Notes: generated by a model not told the origin, from the letters alone. Counted from the first letter of the stretch, positions 26,917 to 35,959 are shown. The stretch is 58,748 nt of DNA from an uncultured Candidatus Saccharibacteria bacterium (GCA_964454845.1 CAYVVS010000004.1:1-58748); one strand, 5' to 3'. Numbers and translations: made by a program.

Positions 26917-29760
26917 TTACTGACAGGCTTCGCAGTCTGGATCAAGAATCGAACAGACCTTCAGCGTCTCTTGACTGGTTGCGACCATGGTTTGAGTGGA
27001 AACCTGAGTGGCTACCGAAGTATCCATCTGGGCTGACATGCCGTTACCAACCGGTGCGCTCGAGCTAAAATCACGCTTGTGAGTGTCGCCAAAGGCAGCG
27101 GTGTCGACGGTCGACTTTTCTACCTGGCTGGCCGCGAGTGAGCGGAGGTAGTAGGTAGTCTTAAGACCCATGCGCCATGCATAGCTATAAGCGTCTGCCA
27201 ACATTTTTCCATTTGTACCGCGCATGAAGATGTTCAGACTTTGGCTCTGGTCGATCCACTTGCCACGGTAGGCAGCGGTGCGGATAAGCCAATCGGCTGG
27301 GATCTCAAACACTTCCTTGTATTTATCACGGATATTTACTGGAATTTCGGAAATTTGCTGCACACTTCCATCATAGAATTTGAGTTTTTTAATCATGTCG
27401 TCGTTCCACAGTTCCAGTGCCTTCAGATCTTTTACAAGGTATGGGTTAATTACGGTGAAATCTCCCGACATATTGGCCTTCACATATAGATTCTTGAAGA
27501 TTGGCTCGATACATGGGTAGCAGCCCACAATGTTGGAGATGGTCGCAGTTGGAGCAATCGCCATAGTGTTAGAGTTACGCATACCGTGCTTCTTCACGTG
27601 CTCGTAGATGGGCTCCCAATTGAGCCGACGAGTACGCGCCACATCGATTTTTTGCCCACGCTCTTCCTCTAGTATGTCTAGAGTATCGACAGGGAAAATG
27701 CCTCGATCCCACTTTGAGCCCTTAAAGCTTTCATATGCTCCACGTTCTTTGGCGAGTTCAGACGAACCCATAATTGCATAGTACGAGATGAGCTCCATCG
27801 AAACATCGGCAAATTCCACGGCAGCTTCGGATGCAAAGTCGATGTCGAGCTGATACAGCGCATCCTGGAAGCCCATAATGCCAAGTCCGACTGGGCGATG
27901 CTTCATGTTGCTAGCCTTCGCTTCCTTAGTTGGGTAGTAGTTGAGATCAATCACGTTATCGAGCATACGCATAGCGAGCGCAACAGTTTCTTTAATCTTG
28001 TCGTGATCAAGCACTTCACCCTTTACGTGCAGGGCCAAGTTCACGCTACCAAGGTTACACACCGCAGTTTCTTCCAAAGAAGTGTTGAGCGTAATTTCTG
28101 TACACAAGTTAGAGCTGTGTACCACGCCAACATGATCTTGAGGCGAGCGGAGGTTACAAGGATCTTTAAAAGTAATCCATGGGTGACCGGTCTCAAAGAG
28201 CATAGTAATCATCTTGCGCCACAGGTCTACTGCAGGAATGCGCTTAAAGTTCTGGATCTTACCTTCATCGGCTTGTTTTTCGTACGCTTCGTAGGCGGCT
28301 TCAAACTTCTTACCGTACAAGTCATGCAAGTCTGCGGTTTCATCTGAAGAGAAGAGCGTCCACATCGCACCAGTTTGTACGCGCTTCATAAAGAGGTCTG
28401 GGATCCAGTTAGCCGTATCCATGTCGTGTGTACGACGACGGTCATCGCCAGTATTCTTACGGAGCTCAAGAAATTCCTCAATATCCATGTGCCAGGTTTC
28501 GAGGTAAGCACAGGTAGCCCCACGACGTTTTCCAGAACGATTAATAGCCACAGTAACATCATTCGCAATCTTCAAGAAGGGAATCACTCCCTGGGAACTT
28601 ACATTTGTGGTGTGGATGAGAGACCCAGTAGCTCGAATTGGTGTGTAGTCGGTGCCAATCCCGCCAGAGTATTTTGAAAGCTGAGCATTGTCCGAGAAAA
28701 GCTTAAAGATACTTCCAAGATCATCGCCAACTGTATTGAGGTAGCAAGAAGAAAGTTGCGGGTAGGTGGTGCCGGAGTGGAAGAGGGTAGGGGTAGACGG
28801 TACGTAGCGGTGAGTCGACATAATGTCATAAAACTTCTTGGCCCACTCGGTGCGCTCTTTTTTGGTTTCTTGCATCGCCATACCCATCGCCACACGCATC
28901 CAAAACGCCTGTGGAGTTTCGAGGATAATATCTTCGCTACCAGCGGCACGAAGGAAATACCTATCATAGAGCACCTGCAGTCCCATGTAGTCAAAGAGGT
29001 CATCACGGTCAAGATCTATGTATTCGGCAAGCTCATCAAGATCAAAGTTTAAAATCTCTTTCTGCAAACGATTCTCATCTACGGCGCGCTTCAAGTTTTC
29101 AACAAAGGTTTTGCGGTAAGCAGCAGGGATTTTCTTGGCATCAGCCTCGCCAGCAACCTCTTGGTGCAGCTTGTGCATAAGCAGACGAGCGGCAAACTTG
29201 GTGTAATCGGTATCGCGCTCAATAAAGCCACGAGCTGCCATCACAATAGCCTCAAACAGTTCTTCTACAGAAATACCGTCATACAGGTTAGTTTTTACCG
29301 ATTCCATAACGGCAATGGCATCGACATTTTCTAGACCGTCAGTAAAGCGGAGGATAGTTTTTTCGAGTTTTTTAGGATCAAACTTTTCGGTTTTACCTTT
29401 TGAGTCAATCACCGAGATACCAGACTTTTCTAGCTTAGCAACTTGCTCCTGCTGCTCGGTTTGGCGCTGCTTTTTGTGCTGCTCGCGGTACACGATGTAG
29501 CTTCGAGCCGTCTGGAAGAAGCCTCCGCGCATCAGTTCTTGCTCAATAAGATCTTGAATGCTCTCTACATCTGGCGTGGCATCAATATGCAAAGCCGCTA
29601 GGTTATCAACCACCGCATCGGTCAGTTCATTAATACGCTCAATTTCTATTTCGCCGTCTACCGAAAGGCTAGCTTTTAAGATTGCGTCGGCAATGCGCTG
29701 CTTATCAAAAGCAACTATCGACCCATTTCGTTTTTTGATTTGTTCAAAACTCATCCTCAC
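26917..29760 (-). CDS. nrdA: Ribonucleotide-diphosphate reductase alpha subunit with N-terminal ATP-cone (class Ia)
   Basis: ATP-cone (KRNGSIVAFDKQRIADAILKA). Catalytic blocks SSCYL, NLCTEI and AIAPTATIS. C-terminal Cys pair (CEAC). GGAGGGTGAGG SD. Confidence 0.95.
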   Translation of the reverse strand: MRMSFEQIKKRNGSIVAFDKQRIADAILKASLSVDGEIEIERINELTDAVVDNLAALHIDATPDVESIQDLIEQELMRGGFFQTARSYIVYREQHKKQRQTEQQEQVAKLEKSGISVIDSKGKTEKFDPKKLEKTILRFTDGLENVDAIAVMESVKTNLYDGISVEELFEAIVMAARGFIERDTDYTKFAARLLMHKLHQEVAGEADAKKIPAAYRKTFVENLKRAVDENRLQKEILNFDLDELAEYIDLDRDDLFDYMGLQVLYDRYFLRAAGSEDIILETPQAFWMRVAMGMAMQETKKERTEWAKKFYDIMSTHRYVPSTPTLFHSGTTYPQLSSCYLNTVGDDLGSIFKLFSDNAQLSKYSGGIGTDYTPIRATGSLIHTTNVSSQGVIPFLKIANDVTVAINRSGKRRGATCAYLETWHMDIEEFLELRKNTGDDRRRTHDMDTANWIPDLFMKRVQTGAMWTLFSSDETADLHDLYGKKFEAAYEAYEKQADEGKIQNFKRIPAVDLWRKMITMLFETGHPWITFKDPCNLRSPQDHVGVVHSSNLCTEITLNTSLEETAVCNLGSVNLALHVKGEVLDHDKIKETVALAMRMLDNVIDLNYYPTKEAKASNMKHRPVGLGIMGFQDALYQLDIDFASEAAVEFADVSMELISYYAIMGSSELAKERGAYESFKGSKWDRGIFPVDTLDILEEERGQKIDVARTRRLNWEPIYEHVKKHGMRNSNTMAIAPTATISNIVGCYPCIEPIFKNLYVKANMSGDFTVINPYLVKDLKALELWNDDMIKKLKFYDGSVQQISEIPVNIRDKYKEVFEIPADWLIRTAAYRGKWIDQSQSLNIFMRGTNGKMLADAYSYAWRMGLKTTYYLRSLAASQVEKSTVDTAAFGDTHKRDFSSSAPVGNGMSAQMDTSVATQVSTQTMVATSQETLKVCSILDPDCEACQ

Positions 29761-29777
29761 CCTCCTGGATTATTCTG

Positions 29778-29829
29778 TTTGTATATATAGCGTAGTCACT
29801 ATGACTAAAGACACTATATATAGCGTAGT
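29778..29829. promoter_or_regulatory. Tandem NrdR-box-like repeats upstream of nrdA
   Basis: TATATATAGCGTAGT occurs at 29782-29796 and 29815-29829, a 33-bp offset. The second copy, extended to ACACTATATATAGCGT, is a near-palindrome resembling the NrdR box. Confidence 0.5.
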
Positions 29830-30175
29830 ATGTCATTGTCAAACCGCTTTTGCTTACTTTTTCGCGGTTTTCCTTACTCCTATTTCACCCTCACTGCACA
29901 CATATATAACTACGAACATAGTACGAAAATGCGTGTGTTCGTGTCAACCCCTCTCTACAAACGTGTGTAACGATCTGTATTCATAATACGCCTATATTTG
30001 TGGGTGAGTAAATATTGCGCAAGGCCCTAAAAAGTGCCGTTATAACCTGGAAAAGGGCTCGTAAACGTGGTATAGTTGTTGAGTTAAAAATCTACTCGGT
30101 CCCATACTTTGTATAGAACCTCGTACCTCGGAAATAACCTTGTAAGCAAGCTTACAATCATTTCACTCACTACTC

Positions 30176-30250
30176 GGTCCCATCGTCTAACGGTTAGGAC
30201 GCCAGATTCTCAATCTGGAAATCGGAGTTCGATTCTCCGTGGGATCACCA
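30176..30250 (+). tRNA. tRNA-Glu (anticodon CUC), CCA encoded
   Basis: Hand-folded cloverleaf: acceptor GGTCCCA/TGGGATC, anticodon stem CCAGA/TCTGG with loop TTCTCAA, T-arm CGGAG-TTCGATT-CTCCG, discriminator A plus CCA. Confidence 0.9.
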
Positions 30251-31742
30251 AAAGAGACTTTTCTTCAAAAGAAAGGTCTTTTTTAGTATCGGCAAACCTG
30301 AAAAGTCTGCTTGGAAGCGTGGTTCTAAATTTATTGGTAGTAAAATCGTATTTTATTCCTTTTGGGAATATGAGTGCTTGCAGGGTCCGCTTAGATTCAA
30401 GAGGGGAATCTTTCCAGAGCATTGCAATGTTAGCTAATGCGCTCATTGCATAGTCGACAATTGTAGTATTGTCATTGATTACGCCCGAGAATCGTTTCTT
30501 CTGCTCTTCTAGCTCAGACATTTCCTTCGATAGTGCAGACGTATAGCTATCTTTCTCATCTTTAGTTATTGAGCCATCTATATATTTTTCCAAAGCACTC
30601 TGTATTTTGTGGCTTATTTCGTTTGTGCGCTTTTCAATTCTTATCTTCTCCACTAGATAGCTTTTTGCTTCCTCGTTCCATGCTTTGATGATGATTCTCT
30701 TTACGTATTCAGAAACCTCTGGCGAAGGCGATAGCGTCTGAAGTTCGGACGTAAAGGAATCATGAAGTGTATCTATGAGTACTGCAGACTTTTTGCATAT
30801 CCTACAATTATATCTTGGATACTTTTTCCCATTCCTACCTGTAGATGAGCTCCCCGTAATATGGGTACCGCATCGGTTACAAATCACGAAGCGCCTTAGT
30901 GGGTATTCTTCTCTGTCGGTCTTATAGTCACGTTTTCCCGAGATTCTAGAAAGTATAATTTGATTTCGCTCAAAATTATCTATCGGAATAATTCCGGGGA
31001 AAATAGTACGGACTAGCCTTCCCTCCGTGAGTGAGCTCACCTCGTAGCCTGCATAAACTGGGTTTCTAAGTATTTTACTCATAAGCTGTATTGAAATTGG
31101 CTTGCCGGTTGAGGTTGTTAAGCCCAAAGTTCTCGCATATTTTACAATTTCAGTAATGTTGTATTTGCCGGTTGAGAATTCCTGGAGTAGCTTTGCTAAC
31201 TTATGGGTTACTCCGTGGATAGGTCCAAGTGTAGGCCTGTTCTGGTAGTCTCTTATATTTCTTAGTCCATAAGGAGCCTTGTGCATTCGATAACCCGCCT
31301 TAGCCAGAAGTCGCATATTATCTAGAACACGCTCGGACTTAACCTCATTATCGAATTGAGCAAAGGAGACCGCAATATTCTCTGTAAACCTAGTAGCAGC
31401 ACTCGATTTAAGTGGCGATCCAACGTCTCTCACCTCAATAGAATATTTATCCAACACTTCTTTCAGCTGAATGTAGGAGTTTAGATTTCTTGATATTCTA
31501 TCCCACTGATACACGATCAAATAATCTATAGCATCCCCATACTCATAGATGTAGGTAATCAGCTCCTGTAGCGCTTTACGATTTAGCGATTTTCCAGATG
31601 CACCCTCTTCTCTGAATGTTCTGCTGATGGCAATATTATTAGAAGAGGCCCAGCGTTGGCAGCCAAGCTCTTGATTGTCTAAACTTACACCCTCCACTTG
31701 TTTCCCAGTAGAGACTCTTAAGTAAATTACTCCGCGCTTCAT
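30210..31742 (-). CDS. Large serine recombinase/integrase
   Basis: Resolvase-type N-terminus VIYLRVSTGKQ (catalytic Ser), recombinase domain, zinc ribbon CNRCGTHITG...YNCRICKK and a coiled-coil C-terminus. The ORF 3' end overlaps tRNA-Glu antisense by 41 nt. Confidence 0.9.
   Translation of the reverse strand: MKRGVIYLRVSTGKQVEGVSLDNQELGCQRWASSNNIAISRTFREEGASGKSLNRKALQELITYIYEYGDAIDYLIVYQWDRISRNLNSYIQLKEVLDKYSIEVRDVGSPLKSSAATRFTENIAVSFAQFDNEVKSERVLDNMRLLAKAGYRMHKAPYGLRNIRDYQNRPTLGPIHGVTHKLAKLLQEFSTGKYNITEIVKYARTLGLTTSTGKPISIQLMSKILRNPVYAGYEVSSLTEGRLVRTIFPGIIPIDNFERNQIILSRISGKRDYKTDREEYPLRRFVICNRCGTHITGSSSTGRNGKKYPRYNCRICKKSAVLIDTLHDSFTSELQTLSPSPEVSEYVKRIIIKAWNEEAKSYLVEKIRIEKRTNEISHKIQSALEKYIDGSITKDEKDSYTSALSKEMSELEEQKKRFSGVINDNTTIVDYAMSALANIAMLWKDSPLESKRTLQALIFPKGIKYDFTTNKFRTTLPSRLFRFADTKKDLSFEEKSLLVIPRRIELRFPD
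30255..30284 (+). terminator. Intrinsic terminator after the tRNA
   Basis: AGACTTTTC / GAAAGGTCT stem followed by TTTTTT. Confidence 0.65.
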
Positions 31743-31746
31743 ACTG

Positions 31747-31920
31747 CTATTTTACCACCGAAGAATTACGAACCAAATATTCCTTCAAAATTGTCCTAAC
31801 AACAAATTCTGAATCTACGTTGAGCTGACGAATTTCATCATCTGAGAGCTTTGCTCCAGCTGAACCCAGCGCCTTTCTTGCTTCTTTTACTGTGATTAGA
31901 GGTTTGGTGGACTTGTACAT
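31747..31920 (-). CDS. 57-aa protein upstream of the recombinase (possible Xis/RDF-like HTH; hypothetical)
   Basis: Below the track size cutoff. MYKSTKPLITVKEARKALGSAGAKLSDDEIRQL... ends 4 nt before the recombinase ATG. ITVKEA..LG is reminiscent of excisionase-type HTH. Confidence 0.4.
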   Translation of the reverse strand: MYKSTKPLITVKEARKALGSAGAKLSDDEIRQLNVDSEFVVRTILKEYLVRNSSVVK

Positions 31921-32039
31921 AAAAAGGACCTGTAAACGCCTTTCGCGTATATTACAGCTCCTTCATCGAGGCGGCCTCTGTTGTTATGCTTAAATTATAA
32001 TACATTCTTGTATAATCAACAACTTGCTATAATGCACCT

Positions 32040-32546
32040 ATGAAATCGTTCAAATTTTTGCGTAAGAATAAGGTTTTATTTATCCAATGCGCACTTGTAG
32101 TAGTAACTTCTCTTGCGGTGCTTGCCGCAGTGGAAGTATTTTTCCCTTCAGAGAAGTCTGCCGAATTAGCGACATCCTCATCCAGTAGCGTCCCTAAGCC
32201 ACTTACAGACAGCGTAAAGACTAACAGTCCGTCGCCTCAAGCTGAAGCTATTCCTTCGAATAGCACTCGTAAGCCAGCCCCTACAAAGAATTGCGAGGCT
32301 ATTCAGGCTGCATCTATCGATACGCAAAAGAAAATACTTCAGAATGAATATGAAATTTATCTCCTTGATAAGGCGCCATCATTGAGAAATCAGGAGATCA
32401 GTGAAGCTGATAGGCAGCTTGAAATTGATATGGCTTATAATGCCTATCAAATTCGATTTGATTCAAGAATGATCCAATATAGAACAAGTATGTATAATTC
32501 ATCTGGCTGTGTAACAACATTTAAGCCAGCATACTTACCAAAATAA
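32040..32546 (+). CDS. Membrane-anchored extracytoplasmic protein (hypothetical; exclusion-type candidate)
   Basis: TGCTATAAT lies 6 nt before the ATG, consistent with a leaderless mRNA. N-terminal TM, S/P-rich linker and a ~90-aa C-terminal domain. Confidence 0.6.
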   Translation: MKSFKFLRKNKVLFIQCALVVVTSLAVLAAVEVFFPSEKSAELATSSSSSVPKPLTDSVKTNSPSPQAEAIPSNSTRKPAPTKNCEAIQAASIDTQKKILQNEYEIYLLDKAPSLRNQEISEADRQLEIDMAYNAYQIRFDSRMIQYRTSMYNSSGCVTTFKPAYLPK

Positions 32547-32559
32547 CCTGGTTGCCTGG

Positions 32560-33462
32560 ATGAAATATTCACGCATTGATGACTTACTTAAAACTGAAAT
32601 AGATCTGAATGACACGCTAACACGATTTGGCCTTCAGAAGACTAAGAATAGATTTAGTGATGCGTATGGAGTACTGAGAAGGGTCCATACGAATCATAAG
32701 ACGGGTATACCCCAAAGCAAGGATGACCTCAGATTAAGGCCATTTGCGATACAAGACGTCTCTGAATTGAGTAAGATTCTTGATATAAAAATTAGTAAAA
32801 GTGATATGCCGACATTTAGAGGGAAGTTTATAAGGCTCATTAAAGGAACTCTAGACAGGAAAAGGGAGTCAACAGATAGTGACGCGAGGGACATACAGTT
32901 CGAATTGGTGCTACTTGCAGATCTTAAGAAAGCAGGAATAGATGCGCAGCTAGGAATTAATCACCCCGATATTGAGCTCAGATGCTCTGGTAGAAAGTAC
33001 GGAGTAGAAGCGAAGAGACTATATTCCGACAATAGAAGAGCAGTTGAAAGAAATACTGAACGAGCTGCTTCGCAGATTAGCAGCTTTTATTTAACCAATG
33101 ATAATACGCGCCGAGGCCTAGTAGCTTTGGCTCTTGAAAGGTACTACAACAAAGGGGAGAGGTTTTTACAGAGTAAGAGCGAGAAAGACGCTAGAATCTT
33201 CTTAAGAAATCAGATAGAAGACTTTGTTAAGAGTAATGATCGACTCTGGAATGATATTAAAGTTATGAAAGATCCCAGAATATGGGTGCTAGTGTATTTG
33301 ACTACTACTGCAGTTCTTGATGACGAAGAGGCATATGCGCATGCAACACATGTTACTTTTACGAACGGGATAGACTCTCCAAGGCTAAAGCAATTTAAAC
33401 GAGATCTTACACGGGATGTGATTATGCCAATTACGACTAACTTATTGAATGATAATAATTGA
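32560..33462 (+). CDS. Hypothetical protein with PD-(D/E)xK nuclease-like motif set
   Basis: 300 aa. DIQFELVLLADL (helix Glu), then HPDIEL (PD), then YGVEAKR (ExK), in the order and spacing typical of restriction-endonuclease-fold proteins. Confidence 0.5.
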   Translation: MKYSRIDDLLKTEIDLNDTLTRFGLQKTKNRFSDAYGVLRRVHTNHKTGIPQSKDDLRLRPFAIQDVSELSKILDIKISKSDMPTFRGKFIRLIKGTLDRKRESTDSDARDIQFELVLLADLKKAGIDAQLGINHPDIELRCSGRKYGVEAKRLYSDNRRAVERNTERAASQISSFYLTNDNTRRGLVALALERYYNKGERFLQSKSEKDARIFLRNQIEDFVKSNDRLWNDIKVMKDPRIWVLVYLTTTAVLDDEEAYAHATHVTFTNGIDSPRLKQFKRDLTRDVIMPITTNLLNDNN

Positions 33463-33482
33463 ATAGTCGAAAGTCGTAATTA

Positions 33483-33857
33483 TTAATATGCTTTATCATT
33501 AACTTTATCAGATGATACATCTTCTTTGTCCTTCACGATTACCAGATTAACCGGATGAATTGACTCATTGTCCTCCATAGGATTGTTGGGGCTGATTCCA
33601 TAACCATATTTAGCTAGTATGTCGAAGGCTTTCAGATTACCTTGTGCAGCAAGAGAAATTAAACTTACGATTATGGCTTTAACTGGTATTTCTCCTGATC
33701 GGATACCGTCAATTACTAAAGAGTCATCATTGATCAGTTCATGTATCCATGTGCGTAAATTTTTTGATCCCTTGGGTCTTCCTGCAGGGTTGCCTGATTG
33801 TCCCTGGCGCCATTTATACTGCTGCAGGTGGTCGAAATGAGGGTTATGATTGCTCAT
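33483..33857 (-). CDS. DUF5681-like phage/plasmid protein
   Basis: The N-terminal WRQGQSGNPAGRPKGSKN motif is characteristic of DUF5681-type proteins, which are often annotated as terminase-small-subunit-like. Confidence 0.5.
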   Translation of the reverse strand: MSNHNPHFDHLQQYKWRQGQSGNPAGRPKGSKNLRTWIHELINDDSLVIDGIRSGEIPVKAIIVSLISLAAQGNLKAFDILAKYGYGISPNNPMEDNESIHPVNLVIVKDKEDVSSDKVNDKAY

Positions 33858-34024
33858 TGGCTGTTAAATGCTTGTTGATTATCAGCAGCAACGGGGAATA
33901 GATCATGTTTTGTTCTATTCCCCTGTGGCGAAGTTCTTGTATCTGGCATCAATCTAGAAAGACTAACTAAGGTCTCTAAGTCTTCATAGAAATGGTTCCA
34001 AAACTTTCGTATTTGGTTCACCAT
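33854..34024 (-). CDS. 56-aa micro-ORF translationally coupled to the DUF5681-like gene (hypothetical)
   Basis: ATGA overlap: its TGA stop overlaps the ATG at 33857. Below the track cutoff. MVNQIRKFWNHFYEDLETLVSLSRLMPDTRTSPQGNRTKHDLFPVAADNQQAFNSQ. Confidence 0.3.
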   Translation of the reverse strand: MVNQIRKFWNHFYEDLETLVSLSRLMPDTRTSPQGNRTKHDLFPVAADNQQAFNSQ

Positions 34025-34292
34025 GAAAAACGTCCAAGCTCGTCTTGGGCTTTTTTCATGGTAGTTTTCTAGTCCTTCAAGTGACCCTGAGCCTATGGAG
34101 CCTTACAATAGCGTAGAAGACTATACGCTTACATCGGAGCAGCAAAACAATTTCTATAACCTCTGTAGTCCGGGCGTCCTATAGGTATGACGGGGGTACT
34201 TTGCGATGATAAAGGCATAGTTCTCTTGCTTGTATCTTTACAGCCCCGGTCATACTGTTATAAAAAGCATTTCTAAAGTATAGGATGGGTTT

Positions 34293-35663
34293 TTGAAGGG
34301 GAATAAAGAGCAGGACATAGGAATTGAGATAGCACAGAAGCTCAAGAGTATTAGAGCTAATTTTACGCGTTCTAATACCATTCTTAGAGATCTGGAAAGC
34401 TATTATAGGAAGTTCGATAAGCTTCGTGGAAGGATGCAGGATAAGCAGAACGGCTTGGCTGCTAGTCTCGCAACGTCTACCTCAAGAAAAACTGAAATCA
34501 ACAACCTTGCAACCGAAGCGCAGAAAAAGCTTTCCGAGCTTGAAGGTATAGTTTCCGATTCTGAGCATCAAGTTGAAGATCTAGCCAGGCAGTATGCAGG
34601 CTTTAGGGATCTGGCTGCCCAGGTGTTTGATCCCGATAATGGTTTACAAGCGCTATTTGATACTGCGAAAGATCTTAATAGACGGATTGCCCAATATGAT
34701 GCCACCTTGGCAGAGACCGTATCAAAGGGGGGTCAACATTTTGAGAAGTTAGATGAACTATCAGCCTCGGCAAAAACATCATTTGATGACTTTGGGAAGC
34801 TTCTTGAGGCAATAAATGATGCAGATACAGGTATGGAAGCTCAACTCAAGAAAGCCTCTGACAATGCCGCAGAAACAGCTGGAATAAAACTGAAGGCCGA
34901 GGGAGAACTCGTCTCCGTTATATCTCTTAAGGAACGTAGTGAAGAGCTGGCAAAGGAGGCCTTAGGCGCCAAAGAGGCTACTGACAAGCTGCACAAAGAG
35001 AGCACGATTCTTACTAACGATATTCGAAATAACCTAGGCCTTTCTTCTTCAGAGAGTCTATCTGAATCTTTTAGGAATAGGACCAACGCGCTCAATAGCT
35101 CACTTAAATGGTGGGCTGGGGCTGTTGCTGTTTCAGTTCTTCTCCTTATCTGTGCAGTAACGTTTATCTTCTGGGTAATGTTCATCAAGGATGGCGGCTC
35201 AGCAGGAGCTATCGACCGCATAAACCAAGGTCCTACAATTGGTGCAATTCTGGCTAAAACTTTGTTTACCTCTCCGCTAATCTTTGCGGTTTTCTTCAGT
35301 GCATCAAATTATAGTCACGTCCGCGATCTTCGCGATAAATACGCTTTTAAAGAGACTGTCTCAAAGAGCTTCCAGGCCTACGTCAAGTTGCTGCGTGCAG
35401 AATTTGAGTCTGATGAGTCCGATATAGATAAGCTTAATAAATATAAGGAAGCAAGAAGGGCGTTTGCTCACGAGAAAATGGACATGATCTACCGAGAGCC
35501 TTCATCTCAAGCTAAGCGGAAGAAGTATAATATAGGCATCAATAGGGTATTTCAAGTTACTTTAGAGGATGAAGACCTCAGTCACGTTGGCGAAAAAGTT
35601 GTCGAAGCCGTCGCAGGTACTGCCGAAGAAAAGTTAAAGAAAGACGTTAAAAAGCCAAAATGA
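34293..35663 (+). CDS. Coiled-coil protein with a central 2-TM module (hypothetical; membrane effector candidate)
   Basis: About 260 aa of heptad-like E/K/L/A-rich sequence, then two TM helices (WWAGAVAVSVLLLICAVTFIFWVMFI and IGAILAKTLFTSPLIFAVFFSA), then a ~110-aa charged C-terminus. TTG start. Confidence 0.6.
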   Translation: MKGNKEQDIGIEIAQKLKSIRANFTRSNTILRDLESYYRKFDKLRGRMQDKQNGLAASLATSTSRKTEINNLATEAQKKLSELEGIVSDSEHQVEDLARQYAGFRDLAAQVFDPDNGLQALFDTAKDLNRRIAQYDATLAETVSKGGQHFEKLDELSASAKTSFDDFGKLLEAINDADTGMEAQLKKASDNAAETAGIKLKAEGELVSVISLKERSEELAKEALGAKEATDKLHKESTILTNDIRNNLGLSSSESLSESFRNRTNALNSSLKWWAGAVAVSVLLLICAVTFIFWVMFIKDGGSAGAIDRINQGPTIGAILAKTLFTSPLIFAVFFSASNYSHVRDLRDKYAFKETVSKSFQAYVKLLRAEFESDESDIDKLNKYKEARRAFAHEKMDMIYREPSSQAKRKKYNIGINRVFQVTLEDEDLSHVGEKVVEAVAGTAEEKLKKDVKKPK

Positions 35664-35900
35664 TCCTAGTAACGAGTAAGTCGTGAGCCTTAGCTGATTA
35701 TGTTTGAGTAGATTGAAATGCACTGCTCTGACTGGTGCCAGGGTCTCCAACCCCACGAACACAAGGGCCTACTCTCTCTAAAGCACTCCAGGAGAGCACA
35801 CCCCTACAGATAGTTTTTCAACCTTCTGTAGCCTGGTTCGCCAAAGCAAGCGTCGGAGCCAGTCCACGACTCTTGCATTGAGAAGTAAACATTTCGTGAA

Positions 35901-35943
35901 TAAAGAAAAATGACCCCGGTGCCGGACCCCCGAAGGGGTCCGG
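35901..35943 (-). terminator. GC-rich tetraloop terminator of the high-GC ORF
   Basis: On the minus strand, CCGGACCCC-UUCG-GGGGUCCGG (35943->35922) is followed within 11 nt by TTTTTCTTTATT. Confidence 0.65.
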
Positions 35944-35959
35944 TCCGTAGGTCGTGGCG

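Noticed and set aside
29558-29986. 142-aa plus-strand ORF
   Set aside because: It lies antisense to the nrdA 5' end and runs through the NrdR-box/promoter region. No start context is present.
30109-30453. 114-aa plus-strand ORF
   Set aside because: It runs straight through the tRNA-Glu gene and its terminator, so it is an artefact of the open frame.
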